A stretch of 64,000 bases of DNA from Oikopleura dioica (lineage: Eukaryota > Animalia > Chordata). The notes below the pieces were generated by a model, which was not told the DNA's origin, made no database searches, and saw only the letters and a program-made list of their open reading frames with translations. How positions within the stretch are numbered: position 1 is the stretch's first letter; each line of letters begins with the position of its first letter. The stretch spans positions 6,076,001-6,140,000 of the forward strand of contig OU015567.1 of the NCBI GenBank assembly GCA_907165135.1, given 5' to 3'. Shown in pieces: positions 57,640-64,000 of the stretch. Made by a program: the position numbers and the translations under genes.

Positions 57640-59793
57640 ATGGTCGTATCAGTAGCGGCTCCTCTCATTGCTCCGCGCAGATGGCTTGGGAAGGGCATTA
57701 TTGACTCGAATACTGTAATTGACCTTACTTGCCCGACAAGTCCCAACGCTGATATCTTCTATACGACCGACGGATCAAAGTGACAATTTAAATCAAATTA
57801 TTGTTTATTATCATCTACGTAGACCGACCGAACGAGTCAGCAGAACGATCAACACGCGCACCTACCGATACGATGGCACCGGCATCTTGTTACGACAAGG
57901 AAAGAGAGCAGTTAAAGCGATCGCAGTTTTGTCATCAGGACGATCATCTAATGTTATCACGAAGGAGTTTGTGGTCCAGTGGGCACCGTCAGAGTCTGAC
58001 GAGGAAGATAATGAAAGTAAGTGCTATAAAAAATATGTTAAAACTCTACTTTGGTATGTTATCGTCGATGTCTTTCTGATAATCTTGGCTCAAATTTTTA
58101 TCAGTTAAAATTTAATATTAAAAAATTCACTGATGCAATAACTTCAGATAACGAGATGCACGAAATCATCGAAGCGTCGAGAGAATCAAGATTACAAACA
58201 AGCCGGTAGGATACCTTTAAAAAGTTCAAATGACGCTTAACTTTCAGGACGATGATGGATACAACTAGGACTGTTGGAAACGACGTTCTCTTCCGTCGAG
58301 TCGCAACGGGTGAGCGACTGCCAACGACAAATCAAGCTCCTGGACTCACCCTAGCCAACACAAGAGTGATGAATGAAACTAAGATGCATGCATCTACCGG
58401 GCCAATTCAAGCTAATTTCAACTGTAAGTCGCCAAACGATATTTTCTCTTGACACTCGTTCCAAGCTTCTTACGGTCCAAGCCAGTATGATCTGCCACCA
58501 CCACCAAAGCTGAATGGCAATTTGATCCGTTGCTCTGGTTGTGGAAGAGTCAACAACCCCGACTCGCGTTACTGCGATTGGTGTGGAGCTCTTCCTGGCG
58601 CTCAGGAAACATGGGAAACCGTTCCCTTCCCCATTCGTCCCAAGCCAATGCAACCTACTCCAAGGGCAGTTCCTACTCTCGTCACTAGAAACGGCTCAAC
58701 GCAAACCGTCGGCCTCTTCTACCCTGGAGGCCATCGCATTCAAAAGGAATCCGACGAAATCTTCCAAAAAATGGAGCGTCAAACAACCGCCCTGGCTAAT
58801 TCAAAAGCAATTTCAGCAATTTCCCCAGGCAACGGAAAATGGAACCAGCAAATCGACCACATCAATCAGCATTTGAAGACGTATGCGCAACAGAACAAAG
58901 CGTTTAGGGAAGCGATTTCAGAACCCAGACTTGAAAAGATCATCGGCGCTGAAATTCACGATGAAGAAGATGTGATTCAAGTCAGGATGACCTTCCCAAT
59001 CGCACGTGATGCGAAAGGAAAATATGTTCCGAGAAAAGAAGTGCCGAAGAAAGTCGCTTTTGGATCAACAACTTTTGAGGAACCAAGAAAGTCCCAAAAG
59101 ACGAAGAAAGAAGAAATCCCTGCCGAAGAACGGATTCTTCTCAACGAGCTGAAAAAGAAGCGCTGCAACCTCGAACGCGTAGAAGAATGCCTCGCTGCCG
59201 GTGCCGATCCGAACATCAAGGACGAGCATGGAACGCCCGCGCTAAGCATCGCCGTCAGCAACTATCACTTTGAAGCGGCCAAGCAAATTATCGAAACTAA
59301 GAGTTTTTCCATAACTTACCGCTCGACTGAAGACCAGAACACCTTCCTCCACTTAGCAGTCATGGCCGGTGAATCCCCCGAAAGTATCTATCTCGTCGAC
59401 CTTCTCTTGCAAAAGGGAGCTACAGAACGAAAGAACAAGGCCGGGGAACTTCCAAGCGATATTGCGAGAAAATATCGCTACACAAAATTTCTCGAGCTTC
59501 TTGAACCCGAACTCGTCTCCTCAAAAGCGTCCAAGTCAGCTTCAAAAGCAGCTACTCCTTCCACAAAATCAACTCCAAGAGGAGCTACAAGTAACTCGAA
59601 ATCACCAACTCCCAATTCCCGACCGCCATCTAGTCATTCTCAAACAAAGCCGGCATCCGAGAAATCTTCCACTTCTTCTCGATCATCCGTGAGCGAGAAG
59701 TCAAACAAGCCTAAATCCGCTCGCTCTGGCTCAGTTAGCTCTACTCGCTCACGACCAATGAGCAATCGCTCTTCAGTCCTTGATGGCTTCTGA
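57640..59793 (+). CDS. DZANK1: Double zinc ribbon and ankyrin repeat protein, paralog 1
   Basis: IFYTTDGS..AVKAIAVLSSGRSSNVITKEF N-terminal domain; CSGCGRVNNPDSRYCDWCG ribbon; ankyrin repeats (GADPNIKDEHGTPALSIA). Confidence 0.8.
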
Positions 59794-59960
59794 AAATGAA
59801 TCGTTGTTAAAATCCAATCATCTTCCTGAGTAATCCTCTATGTCTTCCAAAATCATTGATCTATATTTTCTACTTCTGATCTTCTCTTTTTATTTTTCTA
59901 TGTTCAAGATATTTTTAATATTTAAATAAAATCCTAAATTCTTTGATTTAATTTCTCAGA

Positions 59961-62843
59961 ATGTCCGCCGGTCAGTTGGCCTCGCCAATGATCCTGGCGG
60001 TTGACACGTCAAAGATTTTGAATCAGAAGAAAATGATCGTTGCGCATGACTGTCTTTTTGAAATCGACCCGCCAAGTCCTGACTGTAATATCTTCTATAC
60101 AATTAATAAAGAAAGACCTGCTTCGTTTGAGCTGCCGAAGAGAGTGAGAAAAATGACAGTTTCTCAGCGACAAACTGTGCATTACAAAAAGTACTTTTGG
60201 CTTACTCCAGGAAAGCGCACGATAAAGGCGATGGCAATTGATGCCAAAGGAAGAGAAAGTAATGTCGTTACAAGAGTGTTTACTGTATCAGAGCCAGAAG
60301 GAGACGATTATTCGAACGTAGAAGGATACAAATGCGCGGACGCTATCGTGGAAGCTCAATTGAATCCAAAGAAACATGAGATCCAATCGATCACATTTTC
60401 CGAGCGCGGCTGGAACGAGGAAACTCAGAATTCAATGTTCTTCGAGGAGCCCCTGGAACCAGAGCTGCCGAAATGCCTCTACTGCGGATGTGAGTACGCC
60501 TTGTCCGCTGAAGAAGCGCGTTTTTGCTCGCAATGTTCGAAGCCAATTCCTCGTTACAACGAATGCGAACCTGACAAGGTCTATCCCGGCTGCACGGGTG
60601 TCTGTTTAAAATGCTCCTCGCTGATTCCACTCGATGCGTCGAACTGTCCAGTCTGCGATGAGTCAATTCCAGAACGAGCGGTAGAAAGCTGCCAGTATGA
60701 TGAAATCTCTGGTGATAGGATTTGCGATGCGTGCTCGCGAAAATCCGCTCCCGAAGCGACCCATTGCCAATTTTGCGATAAAAATTTCCGATCCCGGTCA
60801 TGGTTGGCCAAGCGATCCCGCCGAAAATGAATCCCGCTGCGATGGAGCAAATTTGCACGGGTTGTGAGCGACGTTGCGCTCCAGAGGCACGAATTTGTGA
60901 TTGGTGCGGAGTCCCCTTAGGTACTCAATAATCCGGATTTTGGCCAATCATCATTTATTATTATTTTTAGCTTCTGCAGAGAAAATCCAGTGCGTCATTT
61001 GTTTCACTGAACTTCCCCCATTTGTTACGTTTTGCGCTGTTTGTGGGGTGTATTTTGATTCTCCGCCGAGATTAGACCCTAGACTAGGATCGACAAATGC
61101 CCTCGAAATCCGGATCGGGTTTTCATCGGGTTTTCTTGAAGTCGGAATTTTCCGATCGGGTTTTTGTCGGGTTTTCGTCGGGTTTTTGTCGGGTTTTTTA
61201 TCGGGTTTTCGTAGGATATTTTTCGGGTTTTTGTCGGGTATTTTTCGGGTTTTTATCGGGCTTTTATCGGGTTTTTGTCGAGTTCTCGTTGGGTTTTCAC
61301 GACACTGAAGTTGAGTCAAATATAACGAATCCAAATATGCGAAAATGGACATAAGTTTTGGCTTACAGAATTTTTGGAGCTGTCTGTGAAGAAACTGATG
61401 AGTAGATCCGAAGAGAAACCCGACGAAAAAACCCTACAAAAATCCGAAAAATGACCCTACAAAAACCCGATTTTATAGGGTCGTCACAATTTCAGCGTCG
61501 GGTTTTTGTAGGGAAGGCAGAATCCAACAAAAACCCGACAAAAACGTCGGTTTTCGATCGGGTGTCGGGTGGGACTTGTCGATCCTAGACCCTAGAAACT
61601 CATCGTTAGGCGAGATAGCCACGCTGCCATTTGAACAACTTCCCAGGTTACTTGCAAGCTTTTTTTGCCTTCTCCTAAAAGCTATTTGTTCTTAGATGGT
61701 CTACTGGTCCACTTCCTCTCGTAGAATACGAAGAAACTCCTCGGCCAACTCGAGACACTCCCACACCAATCATCCCAAAATTCGCGAATAAATCCATCCA
61801 AGCCCCGCCAATTCTCAAAGCTCGAGCATCAACACGAACTCTTCCTCATCCGAAACGCTCCCTCTCCGTCATTTCTTCTGGCTCTGGTCTTTGGAGAAAA
61901 CAGCTCGAGCACATTTTGGGGCACCACGAAAACTTGGCGGAGAAGGATTCAGTTTACAGGCAGAAAGTCGCTGATTTACGAATGGGTAGTGTCGTAGAGT
62001 CGGAAATTGCATTGAGCGCTGACCCTGAAAGCGATCAGCAGTGCATGTCGATTATTTTGTCCTTCGCGAGTCCTGACAGTCCGGATTATCCGAGCTCGAA
62101 GACATCCAGTGCCTGGGAGCTTTACAAAACATCACCGGTTAAGAAAACAGAGACGGCAAAGCCAAAACAGAAGAAGAAACCTAAGAAAGCAGCTCCGAAA
62201 TCGACCGCAGAAAAGATTCTCGATGCGCTCAGCCACGAGGAAAGAATGCTGCTGGCTGAGGTTGGCCCCCGCGGCCAGCACAGACTTGGCCAGGTTGCGC
62301 TCTTGCTGGATAGTGGCAAGTTTGAAAAACTTTCTAGTATTAATTGCCAAAATGAGAAAGGATTCACACCACTATATTTGGGTACGAAAAACTTATTCTT
62401 CTTTCCTTCGAGCGATTTTTAGCTGTGAGCGGCAACCACGTGGAAATCTCCAAGCTGCTTATAAATGCTATTCTGGACAAAGAAGACCATCCTCGAAAGA
62501 AAAACACTTCTTTGAACCACAAATTCGGAAAAGAACTCAATTCCGTTCTTCACATCGCAACTGAGCAGGGCAATATTCTTCTCGTTCACGCCTTACTTGA
62601 GTACGTCAACTATCTCTTTCTTATGTAATTTTCAAATAGAGCCGGTGCGAGTATGAAGATGAAGAATGCAAAGGATCAGACCCCATTTGATCTTGCTCAA
62701 TGCGGAAGCAGTTCCAAAATAACCGCTTTGTTCAACCAACATCAAGGAAAACTTCTCCTCGAGTCTCAACTACGTAAGATTTTCAAAACGACTTCCGTAA
62801 CACAGACTCTTTAGAATCGAATCAACTCATGAAGACCTTTTAA
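59961..62843 (+). CDS. DZANK1-like paralog 2 (frameshift near 60782 and exonic MITE; possibly disrupted)
   Basis: CNIFYTIN..TIKAMAIDAKGRESNVVTRVF; multiple CxxC ribbons; ankyrin repeats at 62300-62760. Confidence 0.7.
61084..61588. mobile_element. 505-bp hAT-like non-autonomous element with internal cgggtttttgt minisatellite arms
   Basis: TIR ctaggatcgacaa/ttgtcgatcctag; perfect 8-bp TSD accctaga (61076-61083, 61589-61596). Confidence 0.9.
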
Positions 62844-63009
62844 TCCATCAACTTTTGATGATCCACCCTCAAAATCCTCCTCTTTCTGTACAAAGTGTTT
62901 CTTTACTGATCTATTTTTCTACAACCCAACTTTTTCAAGATTTCTTATTTTCTTATGACTTTCAAAATTTCTTCTTCTTAGTTTAATCTTGCTAGAATCA
63001 AAAGAAATC

Positions 63010-63702
63010 ATGTTCGGAGGCGGGGGATTCGGGTCAAACAGTAACAGCGGCTTCGGCAATTCTGGCGGAAGCTCGTTATTTGGAAATAACCAGAACAAGA
63101 GCAACTCGCTTTTTGGAAACAATCAGAATAATTCTGGTAAGAGTTACACATTTTTTGCTTTTTTATCCAGTTCTAGGTGGAGGAATGTTTGGCGGTGGAA
63201 ACAACACCTCTAACAGTTTCTCCTTCGGAGGAAACAGCAATTCGAACAGTGGAACATCCCTCTTCGGCGGCAACAATACATCATCATCATCCAGGTATCT
63301 TTCGGCAAAAATACAGTTTTATGAGGCCTTTTTTCCAGTCTTTTTGGAAACAATAGCAACAACCAAAATTCCTCGTCGCTTTTTGGCAGTTCAAACAACC
63401 AGAACAACTCTGGCGGTGGCCTATTCGGCAATAGCAACAATCAATCCAGTGGTTCTTCCCTTTTTGGCAATTCTGGAAGCAGCTTTGGCAACTCTGGCAA
63501 TGGAACTGCTCAAAAATTTGAGGTGCCTTATTCTTTTTCTCCTTTTTTCTTTTTCAAACAATTTTAGCCGAAAATGTCTACCGATACAAATCCACGGGGC
63601 GGCTCGCAAAACATCAAAATGCTCTGCTACTCTGCCATGTCTCACGCGCAAAACAAATCCTTGGAAGAACTTAGAATAGAAGACTACATGTCCAACAGAA
63701 AA
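63010..63702 (+). CDS. NUP98: Nucleoporin NUP98 5' exons (FG repeats + GLEBS); continues beyond the window
   Basis: SLFG/FG repeats, then CYSAMSHAQNKSLEELRIEDYMSNRK (GLEBS-like). Confidence 0.85.
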
Positions 63703-64000
63703 GTAAGTTTTAAAAGATCCTAAAAATACCTTTGACCTTGAGTGAACCTTGAGCTTCAAAGTAGCCAAGAAAAGATAGTAGGGTTCGAATAATTAGTGAT
63801 AAGTCACACGTCAAAATTGCGCTTGAAAATGAAAATAAAAAGAGAATAGAATGAATCCGCCTATTTTCGTTTTTACGGGAGCGACAAACGTAAAGAATAT
63901 TTTAGTAAAATTTTTTTATCAAGAAAATTATATAATTTTATTGGTAATAAAATTGAAGAAAATTGAGCAGAAAATTACTTCCTTTATATTTTTTTATCGA

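Noticed and set aside
60951-61354. ORFs such as KPDKNP repeats and GFLSGF (also 1924-2244, 4440-4676)
   Set aside because: They are translations of MITE or minisatellite sequence.

Overview
Eukaryotic genomic DNA, about 38-40% GC by eye. It is very compact, with many ~40-50 nt spliceosomal introns, frequent GA/GC/GG-AG introns and operon-like gene spacing. This most resembles the larvacean tunicate Oikopleura (inference). The dominant feature is one 33.1-kb Maverick/Polinton-type element (6512-39624). It has AGTAGT termini, a 43-bp perfect terminal inverted repeat and a 6-bp target-site duplication (ATCCCC). It inserted into a 148-bp TTAA-flanked MITE, which itself lies in what was a 42-nt first intron of a host TBC (RabGAP) gene. 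The right half carries the virus-like core: protein-primed PolB, major capsid protein, adenain-like protease, possible penton, retroviral-like integrase and A32-like ATPase. Almost all of these are interrupted by tiny host-style introns, including non-canonical ones. The left ~10 kb is a co-oriented train of captured, intron-retaining host gene pieces (OGDH, PSMC6, INTS4 fused in frame to GGA) plus an apparently intact SAP-TPR gene. Right of the element are ordinary host genes: TBC, PPOX, CCDC153, SMARCD, hnRNP K-like, DPY30-domain, SF3B3, FGGY, two DZANK1 paralogs and the NUP98 5' end. Several hAT-like MITEs are present, and one appears to form a complete intron. Exon structures were read by eye. 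Several single-base frameshifts fall in homopolymers and may be sequencing errors.
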